Source: Balanoglossus misakiensis (lineage: Eukaryota > Animalia > Hemichordata). Taken from it: 64,000 bases of DNA. A program made the translations under genes and the position numbers. The stretch spans positions 248,001-312,000 of the forward strand of contig CM082584.2 of assembly GCA_040954595.2 (NCBI GenBank), written 5' to 3'. Below, piece by piece: positions 51,851-64,000 of the stretch. The notes beneath the pieces are model-generated. The model did no database searches, was not told the DNA's origin, and worked only from the letters and a program-made list of their open reading frames with translations. Every line of letters starts with the position of its first letter. Position 1 is the stretch's first letter.

Positions 51851-53287
51851 TTTTCTGACAGTAAAATACTTTCAATTTGCTTTTGAAGATTTCAACATTC
51901 ATCTACATTTTCCCCCCAATTTTGGGGGATCATCAATGAAGTCTTCGCAGTGGCTGTAACTGATGAGGTTTCCTGCATATATCTCTTCAAGTCCAGCACA
52001 GTTTCATTTTATCACAGGAGCCATCCCAAGGAGAAAGGGGTCTTTATAAGGGTGGGGGATATTTATGACTATATGACCTGTTTCTGTTTGGGATCGCCCC
52101 CAGTACATTAGTCACTTTAGACTCAACTGTGTGCAGTGTTCAATAGTATGACTTTATTCTTTTTGTATTTTAATATGAAATTTAAGATTTTACGTTCACG
52201 TGACATTGTTTGAGATTTATTCTCATAGACATTAAGGTCCACTATGTGTTACATTTGACAAATTTTTCAGTACGTAATTTTGGTCTATTTATGCACCACG
52301 ATTTCTGGTATGCATAATCAGCATTGTTATTGTTAACAATTGTATTCAAGTCAATTGAATGCATTTGTCAATATTAACAATTCTGTACCAAAAATTACAG
52401 GTAGTTGCCCTTTAATTGTAAATGCTACATTTAGAACAGTGTAACACCAAACCTATTATGATTTATTGAGAACACTTTATTCATTCAGAGATGAAATATT
52501 AATTTTTGTCAGTTTTAGTTTAGACCTACAATACCAAATTTTGCTTGGTATTGTTAAACTTCCAACATTTTCTTTCTGTGAACCTGCTATTTTGTGTAAC
52601 AGATTAGCATCTTAACTTGAAAGTAGGGTTTTCAAAGAGGCATGAATTTAGAAATATAATTTTTTGTAAAGTTGGTGAATTACCTACGCTTTCCCAGAGT
52701 TTTTTCCCCTTATCCTGAAAAAAGGGTTTTATCTCTGGGTTTTGGTGCGGGGTAAATTTTCAGTTTATATATCATTCAAGTTTAGAATAAAGTACATGAG
52801 CCGCTTCTCATGTAAAATTGACATGTATTGTGTGTGTGTATGCTTTTGGATGTGGTAGCCTGCAGGCCAGGTGGCATGGCCATGGTGACTACATGTGGAG
52901 TGGGTTGGGTCTTTGTATGTATGTGTTGAGAGTTAGGGGATTGTGTGTGTCAGTCAACAGTACGTGTAGAGAAGGTATACGGTCACTTATGGAAATTTAG
53001 CTACAGTTACCACGTTAACTTGAGATCTAGCCAATCACGGATTTTCAGTGGGTGGCACATGCGAAAAAAGAGCGCCGCCATATGTTATTTAGAACCCGCA
53101 AATACTCTATTTCAGCCATATATGGGTGTATGTAAATTGGCGGTGACTGTATATCTTTAACTTGAAAATGGTAGCTTCTATCACAGTGATAGTTGATGTG
53201 TAGATGTGATGTGGTGGTAGAATGTGAACTTGTTGACATGAAATTGTGAATCAAAATGGAGACCTAAAAGATGGGGAAATACATTAA

Positions 53288-53592
53288 AGCCTCTATAGCT
53301 GCCACTTTTTGCATTATTTTCACAATTTTATTTTACTGAGGTATATGTGAACACTTTACCGATGCCCGATTATGGCTGTATGTAGCGATTTGAAAATGCT
53401 ATGTATTAAAACAGTTTAATCAGCCTCCATACAAACAGTACGCAGCTATCGTGGTATGCATCACCAAGAGATGACAAACTGATGCAAATGCAAGTAATAT
53501 GGCTTAATGGTGAGGATTTTAGAGGATAGGGAATATATTTGAAGTGTTTTACTGTGGAAGAAAATCCGTGAAATTTGGCAGCTCTAGGGGCT
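53288..53592. mobile_element. Kolobok-type MITE
   Basis: TTAA-agcctctatagctgcca...tggcagctctaggggct-TTAA. Confidence 0.72.
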
Positions 53593-53950
53593 TTAAGCGG
53601 TTACCATCGACGCCAAGAAATGCTGAAAATCGCCCCTGATTTGCGTCTCTCTGGGGAATTTACGCCATAAATCGGTAGGATACATATTCATGGTGGAATT
53701 TGTATGCATTGTGAAGGATTTTGTGGTCGAAAACTTCGGAAAATCATGCATTCTCGGGAGCGTGTGTCCGCGTGTTGCCTCCTTCAGAGTCAATTACACA
53801 ATGAACGCCGCCATTTGGCTACCCCTATTTATAGGGGTATAAATAAGGGTAGCAACAACAATCCTGGATATAACAACAGGATATAACAACAGGCGAAACA
53901 AACTGAACGCAGTTGTTGATAACATGCAGATTGAGCTGTCTCAAATCTTA

Positions 53951-55580
53951 GGGAGCATTCGTTTTTTACAGGGAGGGGGGGGGGGGCGGTGAAATTTGAG
54001 TCGCCGACTAAATGTAAAAGGCAACCCCCCCCTCGAAATTACTTTTCTAAAATGTGCCCCCCCCTAAATTCTTCAACTGTAAAATGTGACCCCCCCCCAA
54101 AAAAAAAGTTTATCCACCGGATTAAACTTATCAAACTTTGTCAGATATTGGTGTATGTTCGACATACCACATAATCAACCATGAAACCTAGTCTACATAG
54201 TTCCTTGATTTCCAAGTAGTGCATTGTCTGCCTGATCTTGTTAGGCTGCATTCACAAACGCCTCTGGAGGGGGGGGGGGACGGGAGAATTCAATTTTTTT
54301 ACCGCTAATTTTCAAATCCCCCCTTCCGAACTGCCAACATTTTGAAATCCCCCCCCCACCCATTTTCTTTCACAGAGCAAAACACATCACCTATCTATCT
54401 TGTAGAAAAAAGAAAAAACAGCGCTCCCATGAAAAGAATTTGAAACTGATGTACCCCCTCACTGAACATTGTTTTTATTTTTAAGTATTTGTATTCTGTG
54501 TTGGGAGACATTGTAAACCGAGAATTGAAGGGAGTGGGATTGGGAGGGGGTATCCCCCTCCCACGTAAGAAAATTTTATAAAATACAGAGCTCAAAGCTG
54601 CATTTTAATGAACCCGGCAAAAGCAAATTAACTCAACTACCGGTATGTTGGGGAGGAGAAATTTAACCGTCGCCGCTCAAAGTTATCATGGGGTGGGGCA
54701 AATCCCCTGACCTGGGACACTAGATAAACCAGTCAATGATTGAAAGGTGCTGATGAATGGAGGGGGTGGGTAAAATAAAGGGCGCGAAACTGCATTTTTA
54801 TCGACTCAAAATAAATATTTTGTCGTCAAAGTTTTCAAGTCCCCCCCTTTCAGTCCCTAAATTATTTCAAATCCCCCCTTACATACCCTCAATTTTTTCA
54901 AATCCCCCCCTCAATTCTCCTGCCCCCCCCCCTCCAGAGGTGTTTGTGAATGCAGCCTTACGTGAAAGAGTTCACTTTCAATGTCGCCGCTATCACTTTC
55001 TGAGTCACTTTCCTCTGAATCACCTAGTTCACCTATCACTTCATGCTCATCTTCTGGTTCACTGTCCTCATCCAAGTCATCCTCTTCATCCTCCTGCTCA
55101 TCCTCCTCTTTGTCCCTCTCATGGTTTACTCTGAGACTTTCCAGAGTTGTTTGACACAGTTTCCGGCCAATGTGCGCTTCAACTATTTTCAGTTTGTCTT
55201 TTTTTCAGCATCTTTTTCTCTGTTGTCAATTTATGTATGTTCATGTACATGTCTAGGTCAAAAACTTTCAGCTCACATAGTTCACTGTTTCTGTATATTG
55301 CCATGATACAGCCTGAAAATGTTATTTTTGTGATCAAAAGTGTACTTGTTGTCACCTGATCACACAGAATAAAGACATGTTCGTATTCTATTTTATATAC
55401 TTTACGGTCAATTCTGTTGTTTTTTGCTATAATTCCATACAAATCTGTTGTAAAAATTGTCCCCCCCCCCAAACCATTGATTATAAAATTTGTCCCCCCC
55501 TAAAAACTGCTTTGTAAAAGTAAACCCCCCCCCCCTGATTTCCACCGCCCCCCCCCTCCCTGTAAAAAACGAATGCTCCC
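53951..55580. mobile_element. PIF/Harbinger-type MITE containing a nested Harbinger MITE
   Basis: Same TIRs as 33452-34065; TTA TSD. Confidence 0.85.
54244..54957. mobile_element. Nested PIF/Harbinger-type MITE
   Basis: TIR ggctgcattcacaaacgcctctggagggggg / ccccctccagaggtgtttgtgaatgcagcc; TTA TSD. Confidence 0.85.
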
Positions 55581-57029
55581 TTACCAATCAGAAACAGCCT
55601 TCCAAGACTGCGTAGCGCTCTTGTAAAGTTATTTTTGATTGTTCAAATTCTTTACCATGTCACTGCTGGCATACAACAATTCATATGACCCAGCAACTTT
55701 GTATAGATGCACTGACATCAATGATATGCCTTCCAAAGCGCCACACATAGTGTAATTACACATGTTTCATGCTACTGACACGCTCTACCTTTTACCAGGT
55801 TCATACACGAAAAAAATTGAGAGGCTATTTGCCTATGGTAAACACAGAGCATTAATCGTTTGAGTCGCCTTGTGTTCACACACACAAAGTTTATGTATAT
55901 GCGCTGAGGCTCAGTCCCAAAGACAATGGATTGCAGAGAGGTTTTAATCCTTACACCGGATCAGGTCTGACGGGCAAAGCCGTCTCAAATCTAAGCCGTT
56001 TCAGAACCACTATACACCGTCCACACATGTTTTTTTAAGACAGTATGTGATCTGAGACGTTTCAGAACCGTCTTAATGGTGTGTGTGACCCCCATATTAG
56101 ACAACTTAGACAATATTATCCGAAAATAAATATTAGACAAAATCATCCGATAATAAATATTAGCTCAGTCTATGTCCTGGCGCATTTCATCAGGACAATA
56201 AAATACATAACAAAAGCCCTCACTACGCACCCACTCGACTTTTTGCCGGTAAAGCAACTTTTACATGCAGGAGAATTCCACTGGATGAAAATCTGTAACA
56301 TTTAGCTTTATTTTCAGTATTTTAATTTTGTGTAAAAATTGCAATTTCTTGTTTTACTCCAAACATCACTTTAATATTCATGTAGTACCAAATACTCAAA
56401 TCATTAACATTGCTTGTGTATGTGTAACGGCCATTGTTATCACTGTTGACAAATGAATTCTAGTTCGGACATGAATTTAAATTTTACACAATAATAATAC
56501 TGAATATGCACATACATGAAGTGTTGATAAGCTAAACTCTGGATATTTTGTCATGTTTCTGGAGTTTATACTAGAAACCGCAGCAGATACACAGAGCAAT
56601 ATTACTGAAAACATAGTGAAAAGTTGGAGCTAATGGAGCAGACAGCGTATTGTTCAGTGCTTGCGTGCCTTTGACTAAGATTATTATTATGTAAATATCA
56701 CCAACATGTTTTTCATGAATTTCTAGAAATATAGAAATAAATACACTTGACTTATTTTGTCATTTTTTCCTTGCAAACTCCATTGTCATTGAATGTACGT
56801 ACATGCGTAAACACACCACTGCTTTAAAACAAAAAGGTGATGGGTTTCGTATTTATTGCGTTGTATTCAATTGAACGGACATTTTTTTGGGTGGGGGCGG
56901 GGAGGTTCATTATTTCACAGCTTTCCCGAATAGACTTCTTAGTGCGCCCTCTTGTGGTGACGTGTCTTCTGATAATCGGCCAGATAAAACAAATCATTGA
57001 AGTGTACCATCACTCTCATCACAAAATCC

Positions 57030-57712
57030 GCCATCGTTCCCGTTTTTAGATAAACATTCACTGTTTCGCCCTTTGGTGAAACACGTTAGGAAAATGTATT
57101 TTGAGAATAGTATTTCCCTTTCGACATTGATACATTTTGTCAACTGATTGGACCGAGTAAATTGTTTGAAACGTAGGGCCCTATGGAGTGTTCGGATTTT
57201 AACTTCCTTCAGACCCAAGCCCCAGAGAGGAAGAAAAGCGCACGTTCTCATGTATGACACTATAATATACCTCATGCTAATACTGTGTTGCGATTCGCCA
57301 GAATCGGTCTCGTGATAGGAAAATAGAATCGACTATGAACCGCTAGGGAAATAGCAGAAAAAATATAAACCGGTCACGTGACCAGCGTGAGTGTGCAGAC
57401 TCGGTTACGTCAATCAGCGTCGCGTCGTCTGACACAATGGCCACCGCGGAAGATGTCGTCTGCCAACCTCAAGAGAAGATTTTCCCAGCTGTTAGCATGA
57501 CGTTTATTATAAAACACCTATAGCCTGGCCTATATTCGGGCCATAGCAGCCGTTTTTACCCCCTCGTAACTGTGAGTTACCAGAATCATATGCTATTTCC
57601 CTCGGCCTGCGGCCTCGGGAAATAGCATGTGATTCTGGTAACTCACAGCCCCTCGGGTGTAATAAACGGCCGCTATGGCCCTCATGACAAGGCAATAGGT
57701 GTTCATTATAAC
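57030..57712. mobile_element. Double-hairpin element (Crypton-like, tentative)
   Basis: About 200-bp palindrome at 57507-57712 centred on ccctcggcctgcggcctcggg, and a weaker one at about 57030-57200. Confidence 0.5.
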
Positions 57713-58979
57713 ACTGTCCACTTTTTATCACCCGTGGGAAGGTTAGGCCTACATCAGCCACGTTGAGCAAGTCGGATATCCAAAGACCAGACAAGCCGCA
57801 TATAACAACAGCATTGCTTTACTTTTTTCAAGCTAGGCCACCACCCTATATGCAGTAAAACAGGCATAGGCAGTAACATTCTCTATCAATCGATTACTCA
57901 GATTTTACAGAGGAAAAAACGTTCACAAAAACAAATAAAAATCAACTTGAATTTGTATTTCCAACTTCTTGCACCACGCAAACATAGCCCGACCCATATG
58001 AAAACGAAATGTGTTTATTTTATGAGGCCCAATTATTTATGCCTAAATTGTTCATGATGTACGCTATAAGCTACAAGCGATGGAAGTTCACTTCAAACCG
58101 ACCGCCATAATATGACGTACGGCAAGGAAATACCGCCCCAACGCTACGTAAAAAGTATCAGTTATACTAGTACTTTGTTTATTCACAGTTTCGAGTACCA
58201 CGGGTTTAACGGTTTTGGACAGCGTAATCTTTTCCGACTAGCTTCCAAATAAACTGATAAACTAAATCCAAGAGTTCGTGTCGACCTGAAAATTTCCGGA
58301 CCCGGTGAAGAAAAAAGATGGAAACTTTTTTAAGATAAAAAAGGTGGACTGCGGAGGTCTTTCACGAAACTTAGACTCTTATCACAGGGCGCGGCTAGTG
58401 ATATTTTGCGAAACAGTGAAACGGCGAAACAGCTTTAATAAAGTAGTCAGAAAAATTAATCTACTGACGTAATATTCCCTTGGAATGCACGATTTTTGTG
58501 GGGGGGGGGGGGATCGTGAAATTGCCGGGAATTGCCGGGGATCGCCCACTTGAAACATCAGCATGGGTCGATTATGTTAGATCTCAATGTTAGTGTTCTA
58601 AACTCGCTGTGGTTTTCCTGGGCCCAGTGATTTATTCAGGGATTTGATACAAAAAGTTGTCGGTCAGCCATTTTTCTTCTTCTGCCTTTCTCTTACCCTT
58701 ACTAAGCTTGAGTGTTCCGGTTAGAATCATATCGGTAAGAGAAAGACAGAAGAGCTGACATACAACAAACTTATTCAGTTTCTATCATATAAATATTTCT
58801 CCACTTTCTCTGAATAAATCGCTGTGCTGGGACATGTTTTAAAAATCATGTAGGCCTACACTATTCATGCCAATAAACTGCTACATATACATATTCCGTT
58901 CCGTCTGTTCCGCAAATTTATAGTGTAAGTCGCGCGCACACACGACTCTACCACTAGTAGCCTACCAAGTGACCAGTGC

Positions 58980-59342
58980 AACTACTACACCAATCTCATA
59001 GAGGAAAATTCCAAAAATCAGAAATCTTTATTCCGGACAATTTCAACATTGTTCAGCAACTCAAGACAGCTTCCAAATCATACGTCAACTACGGAACATT
59101 TAGATCGGTTCAACCAGTATTTTATTCAGAAAATTGATGACATACGTCACCACAAGATCACCACCAGTCAACCATCACATGTTCGTTTTGGAGTGCCACA
59201 GGGTTCAGTTCTTGGCCCACTATGGTAATGCATTACTGTATGGTCTACCAGAAAGCAGTCGGAACCTTCTTCAACGCACACAAAATACAGCTGCAAGAAT
59301 CATATCTCGGTCCAGGAAGTCTGCCAATATAACGCCAGTGTT
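58980..59342 (+). mobile_element. Heavily internally deleted L2-group LINE relic
   Basis: In order: YYTNLIEENSKNQKSLFRTI, FNQYFIQKIDDIR, GVPQGSVLGP, YGNALLYGLP...LQRTQNTAARII. Confidence 0.75.
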
Positions 59343-59518
59343 TTTAGTAGTTTTATAATTTTATTGGTATTTCAAAAATGTTGTCCTGTTTTTGTTTTTT
59401 TTTGTCTTGGAAGTCCACAAACAGAATTTATTACATTTTCTCAGTGTGAATCTCATTAGAACGACTTGAAAGTCCACAACAAAACATGTTTTTCCACTGA
59501 AATGAGCAGGGTCTAGCA

Positions 59519-59621
59519 TGGCTGTGGAAACGCGGCTGCACCGTTGGAGGTTGGGATATACTGTTGTACCACCCCCACCCATATCCTAACCCCCAATGGT
59601 GCAGCTGCGTTTACAAAGCTA
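59519..59621. mobile_element. 103-bp foldback element with 9-bp TSD
   Basis: About 41-bp imperfect arms; TG...CTA termini; ggtctagca on both sides (59510-59518, 59622-59630). Confidence 0.78.
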
Positions 59622-60480
59622 GGTCTAGCAGCCTACCTCCAGGTTCAGACAATATCTCCGACCTGAGGTGAAGCAGGTTACAGAATTTGCGCCACCAACG
59701 GCAGTTTCTGATTTCCACCAACTATTGATATATACTGGTATGAGTGCAACCAACTTGATTCAATTAGTCTGTTGCCGCCCCCCCCCCCCACACTTTTTGA
59801 ACACTGTTGACAATACACTCATGAAAGGGGTGAGGTATGGGCCCATAATGTGTTTTGCATTGCTGTGAATGGAATTTTGTATCGAATGACATTGGCATTT
59901 ATCCCCAAATCATTTACTATTTTGTCCATTGCCAACAGATGCCCGCGTTCACAGTTTTGAGAATTTTTACCTCCTGCAATATATATTTTGCCGAATTTGA
60001 GAGCAATCTCTGTTGCGAGGCAGTTGCATGAAACCTTCTCCCGTCTGAACTAGATGCCAATAAGAGAGGGTTTTTAGTCACAATGGTCACTTCTGACAAA
60101 AGGTTCTATTTGTCTGGAAATGAGTTTACAGTGGCAATTCACTAAAATCTCAGTGAGCATAACTGCAGTTATAGAATTTTAACCAAGCGTATGTTTTCAT
60201 ATCAATGAAAAATACCAGAATGTAAAGGTCATGAGATGGTCACGAAAATGACATAATTGTTCAAGACTAGAGGATAGCAATGTAAAAAGACAATGCGCCA
60301 TGGAGTATATTAGTAAGTAACTATTTATTTATTTAAAACAAACCAAGCTTAGTTTTACCAGTTTTAATTTGAGGAAACAAATATTTTGTAAAAAGATGAA
60401 CAAATATTTTTCTGACATCACTATTGTCGACAAGCCTCTTGCTTTTCACATCCCTCCAGTTCCAATCCAAGATCACATAG

Positions 60481-61863
60481 CCAAGTGTGACAGGGCGATC
60501 AACGTATAGGCCTTAGTATCATTCTAAGAGGGTTAGCAGCTTTCATTATGATGGGGCATGTGATTCAGGTCCCCCCCCCCCCCCCATCTACCTTAGCTGA
60601 GCTTTGGATCGCTTCGCCAAAGTTTATATGACAAGGGTGTTAGACCATTCCTTTAACATTAGGCTAGCTATATCGTTTATATGCCTTAATGAATTAATTA
60701 ATATGACTGACTGACGAACTGACTGACTGACTGACTGAATGAATGAATGAATCAATCAATCACCCGACATGGCCTGGAAGGATTCACCCCCTGTTGAGAT
60801 GTTGGCACCCCCTAGCAAATTGTCATGGGTGGGGTGGTCAGTGGCCCTTAAAATGATGTCACTCACATGATAGAGATATTAATTACATAACTCTTTTCCA
60901 GAGTGTGCTCTATTTACACTCTGCACTATATTCAGGTACATGTGTAATGATATTTCAATTACTTTTGGAATCACAGGACAGTAGAAAGGTTGATTGAACA
61001 AAGGATTTGAAATTCACTCACCATGTATTGGAACAGCTCTTACAGACATCACATCATCATTCAACGCTAAATCTTCGTAACTGTTACATACTGTTAATAT
61101 AAATATAATTACTTTTCTTTAAATATCATCCAAATATTACAATGTTTCTAGCAATTTCATAAACTGCATTAATATAATACTGTGTGTATGATATATACTT
61201 TGTGGATAGGATACAGATCTTTGCTTATTACCAAGAATATAACACCATGTGTTTGGATTTTAAATGCAGTTCGGAGCTGACTGTGTTGCATTTTGACTGC
61301 AAAATTAAAATATTTAGTTACATTTCCTTGCATTTAGTGTTGAAAATGTCACTTTTAGCTTTAAAATGAGCACTGATATCTATGGAACTAGGAGAATCGT
61401 GCTTTCTATTCTACAACAAACAATATTTACATTTAATCAAACAACAGGAGGATATTTGACAGTCAATCAATAAATATAACATACATATGAGTTGCATGTA
61501 CAAAACTAGACACATGTATGTATGTGATATTTAAAGAGACATTAACTGTAACACATGCTCTACCCAGAACTCCACTTGTCAACATAACCTGTATGTGTGT
61601 AACGGCTATTGAAATGAATTCTAGTCCAGACTTGACTTCAAATTTAGAATAACAATACTGACTAGACACACCTATATTTCATCATGATTCAGGGATTTGA
61701 ACAAGACACTGCAGTAAATACTTAAAACAAAAATACTGAAAACAAAGTGAAAAGTTACAGCTTATGAAGCTTGAAATATGTTCAGACACAAGTAGAACAG
61801 GCAATGAAAACACATTATAAACATTGGGAAAAACACCCAAAGTTACATGTACTACCGGTATCT
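60481..61863. repeat. Duplicated block (copy of 28391-29775)
   Basis: Near-identical direct repeat 32 kb away. Confidence 0.92.
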
Positions 61864-61937
61864 CTTTAGTGACAAAGATGCAACTAAACTAGCATGTATT
61901 GTACAACCAATAGTGAAAAGAGTTGAAATGTACATAC

Positions 61938-62005
61938 CAATCTAGGTGGTCCATAGTAGGTCACTTTCTTTGCTGTGCCTATGTCTCTCAGTGTCAGTGT
62001 TAAAC
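61938..62005 (-). CDS. Candidate small exon, unknown product
   Basis: tatgacag acceptor, GTATGT donor; open in phase 1 (GLTLTLRDIGTAKKVTYYGPPRL) but not phase-compatible with the 69-bp exon downstream. Confidence 0.25.
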
Positions 62006-62117
62006 CTGTCATAAGACAAACCAAATGATTTATATACATGAATATTCAAATGATGTATTCCTTGGCTGTATTGACAAACACACTGTCTACATTCTTGAAT
62101 ACTAGTGTGTTACGTAT

Positions 62118-62295
62118 TGACAGCCAAGATTATACACATGATGACTGACAATGAGGGCAACATTGTATTTTTGATGATCGAGGGCGCTGCTAGTCACAAC
62201 TAAAACAGACTGTTTTGGTGTGACTTGCAGTCCTGAGGTCATCAAAAATACACTGTTGCCCGAATATGTCAGTCATCATGTGTTGTATAACACAC
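62118..62295. mobile_element. Long imperfect palindrome (hairpin-type element end)
   Basis: ttatacacatgatgactgaca...tgtcagtcatcatgtgttgtataa. Confidence 0.5.
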
Positions 62296-63164
62296 CAAAA
62301 ACGTAATTATATCAAGACGGGGCAACAGTACTGGGCAGAAACCGATCGAACTGATGCCCTAGGGAACAGTTCGAAATGACTTAGGTCACATGACGAATCA
62401 CGATCGAGGGTTCGCTGCATGGTGTGTTATAAACTACTTTGTCACACTCCGGGCACGCTGGGAGTGTGGGATCAAAGTGTGTAAACAAATCAATCCCACA
62501 CACTCACTGAATCGAAGGCTGTATATGATGTGAGTGCTGATTGGTTGACAAAGTATTCTTTTGCTAACGCACACTAAATGTTATCCAATGGCACGATGTG
62601 TAATATAGGGACAGAGACTAAAACATGCCAGATGAAAGTTTCAGAGAAATTTATTCAATGTTTTTAACGAATTTGGATAATTTGTGACTGTGTGAGAAAT
62701 AAGAGTTTGAGATTCTATTAGTCACATATATTTGTAATCAAATCTATGTCTGTTGTCATTTTATTAAACTTGGGTCATGGAAATATTATAAAACAAGTAA
62801 CAAATGTTTTATTTCAATTGTACATTGTAACAAGGGTGAATATAATTTATTATCTTTTCTGGAATGCTATTCCACACTGTGGGACCAACAAATTCGATTA
62901 AAGTCTGACCTAACCGATTGTTATATTTTGGAGGATGATAAATATTGTTATCTCTTGAATGACTGTGATAACCATGTTCTATTAGGAAGTGTGTCAGGAA
63001 CGAAAATAGCAGCCTGTAATTTGAATTGACTGTATATGAGATTAAATTGGATAGCTCGTCTCACGCGCATGCGCGTAACTTCCCAGCAAATTTTCCGTTC
63101 GATGCATTCAAATAGTGGACTGCCTTCGCTTCCTTCCATATTTCATGCGCAGAGTATAGCGTTC

Positions 63165-63718
63165 GTTAGCAACGTTGATCAAGTCAGATTTCCTACGGCA
63201 TGGCTTGGCTAAAGCCCTGGCACTTTAGAGCAGAAACACGCGTACAGAGACCACGTTGATCTACTCACATTTCCTTCGGCCTGGCACGGCTGATGCCCCG
63301 GCACTATATATAGGACACAGACTGGCGTAAGTTAACAACGGTAATCACGTCGGGTTTCCTACGGCCTGGCTCAGCTGAAGCCCCGGCACTCTAGAGCAGA
63401 AACAGGCGTACATCGACCACGTTGATCAAGTCAGATTTCCTACGGCGTGACTCGGCTGGTGCACCGGCTCTATATGACACAGACTGGCGTAAGTTATCAA
63501 CGGTGATTACGTCGGATTTCCTACGGCCTGGTTTAGCTGAAGCCCCGGCACTTAAGAGCGGAAACACGCGTACATTGACCACAATGATCAAGTCAGATCT
63601 CCTACGGCCTGGCTCGACTAAAACCCCGGCACACCATGACAGACACTAGCGTTCGTTAGCAACGGTGATCAAGTCGGATTTCCTTCGGCCTGGCTCTGCA
63701 AAAGACCCGACACTCTAG
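63165..63718. repeat. GC-rich about 80-bp tandem repeat x7 with alternating A/B units
   Basis: Core gatcaagtc(a/g)gatttcctacggcctggctc...ccccggcac; tails alternate between gcagaaacacgcgtac and acagactggcgtaagtta. Confidence 0.88.
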
Positions 63719-64000
63719 TACAAAGACGTTGGCTAAGTCGGGCAAACCGAAGAGGGAAAGTCACAGCGGTTCAACACTTGACATTTGTTCGGGTAGGACT
63801 GCATTATTGCCTGTCAATTTATAGAGAAAGCCCGAATTTAACCAGGGCGTTTCAAACACCGACGTTAGTTGGGGGCACGGCCTGCAGTACTGCCGGGTAA
63901 GCTGACATCGGCGTACCGCATATAATGTAGGGGGGGGGGGGGGAACAGAACGGTTCAATACTACATTTATTAGATATCAGCTAATTTTGGACAATCATCT

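Overview
AT-rich, repeat-dense animal genomic DNA with GT-AG introns; a marine invertebrate source is an inference from the TE repertoire. No prokaryotic features are present. (1) On the minus strand, a locally duplicated and partly decayed exon cassette interleaves intron-bounded exons resembling Mediator subunit MED25 (VWA exon, low-complexity linker exons, ACID/PTOV exons) with calcium-binding EGF exons (copy A 1-5813, copy B 19205-28418). An adjacent block, 28391-29775, recurs at 60481-61863. (2) A 7.6 kb AcademX-type DNA transposon (10888-18489, TIRs, 4-bp TSD TACA) encodes a decayed DDE transposase, an XPG-like nuclease and a Cys-rich finger. It carries an OTU-like protease domain inside the transposase and three nested insertions, one with a CACAGTA terminus and 5-bp TSD (Transib/ProtoRAG-like). 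(3) A set of TAG...CTA foldback elements (43, 73, 103 and 574 bp) has 8-9 bp TSDs; the largest retains a RecQ helicase fragment (AcademH-like). (4) Kolobok-, piggyBac- and Harbinger-type MITEs, double-hairpin elements, two L2-clade LINE relics, and a satellite/microsatellite-rich block at about 38-52 kb. All homology calls come from manual translation and recalled family motifs, not from database searches.
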